NCBI RefSeq assembly: GCF_036971445.1
Contig: NC_091473.1
Location: 215,636,001 to 215,700,000, forward strand
Source: Narcine bancroftii
Lineage: Eukaryota
DNA length: 64,000 nt
Direction: 5' to 3'
In this document: positions 63,186 through 64,000 of the stretch, one piece after another
How positions within the stretch are numbered: position 1 is the stretch's first letter
Layout: each line of letters opens with the position of its first letter
Translations under genes and position numbers: made by a program
The notes under the pieces: generated by a model
What the model saw: only the letters and a program-made list of their open reading frames with translations
What the model was told of the DNA's origin: nothing
Database searches by the model: none

Positions 63186-64000
63186 TTTATTTTTATTTTT
63201 ATTTTTTTTCACACCATAAATCACATTAGCCATGATATACACTTTTTCTTTTTCACACATATACAGTGACTTTTTCTCCCCCCCCCCCCCTCCCTCCTCC
63301 CAGGCCACCCCCCCCCCTCATCCATTTTAGGTATACAATCTAGGTTGCATTAAACCAGTCAGACAATGTTGTCATTCAACAAAAATACACCAGAGATTCT
63401 ACTGAGTCCATTCTTTACTTTCCTTCTCCTTCCATCAACTTAGGTAATGTTTGTCCCCGGTAGGTTTTCGCTATTGTATTTAATGTAAGGCTCCCATATT
63501 TGTTCGAATATTTCAATATTATTTTTTAAACTATATGTTATTTTTTCTAATGGAATACATTTATTCATTTCTATATACCATTGTTGTATTTTCAAATTAT
63601 CTTCCAATTTCCAGGTTGACATAATACATTTTTTTGCTACGACAAGGGCTATCTTAACAAATCTTTTTTGTGCATCCTCCAAATCAATTCCAAATTCTTT
63701 GTTTTTTATGTTACTTAGGAGAAAGATCTCTGGATTCTTTGGTATATTGTTTTCTGTTATTTTATTTAATATCTGATTGAGATCATCCCAAAATTTTTCT
63801 ACTCTCTCACATGTCCAGATAGCATGAATTGTTGTTCCCATTTCTTTTTTACATCGAAAACATCTATCAGATACTGTTGGGTCCCATTTATTTAACTTTT
63901 GCGGTGTAATGTATAGTCTGTGTAACCAATTATATTGTATCATACGTAGCCTCGTATTTATTGTATTTCTCATCGTACCAGAACATAATTTCTCCCATGT
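63186..64000 (-). mobile_element. Young L1 3' end, continues beyond the window
   Basis: Open ORF2 C-terminus RLRMIQYNWLHRLY...CFRC...HAIWTC; T-rich (polyA) end at ~63190. Confidence 0.9.

Overview
Eukaryotic genomic DNA from a cartilaginous fish (the gene content and repeats suggest a ray or skate; this is inference). Bases 1-10.7 kb hold one apparently intact immunoglobulin heavy-chain minilocus (cluster) of the IgW/IgX class on the minus strand: leader (10378-10423), VH (9971-10268) with a 23-RSS, a single D with 12/12 RSSs (9577-9592), JH with a 23-RSS (9126-9170), CH1 (3749-4063), CH2 (2534-2836), the Cys-rich IgW-short secretory exon (1772-1899), and possibly the start of a further C exon at the window edge. 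Two features are not explained by the standard IgW model. One is a candidate second terminal exon between CH1 and CH2 (3327-3451; Pro-rich, N-glycan sequon, 3 Cys, own polyA signal) that would give a secreted V-CH1-only, Fab-like chain. The other is a switch-region-like WGCW/G-tract tandem repeat in the J-C intron. The remaining ~53 kb is mostly CR1/L1/L2/Penelope/SINE/hAT debris. It also contains a full-length L1 with a 16-bp TSD and a clean internal inversion, a degraded LRR-ZU5-death-domain (PIDD1-like) pseudogene candidate, a 200-N assembly gap, a CpG-island first exon with an RE1/NRSE site and signal peptide on the plus strand, and near-perfect 15-bp and 25-bp minisatellites. All calls were made by eye; no database searches were run.
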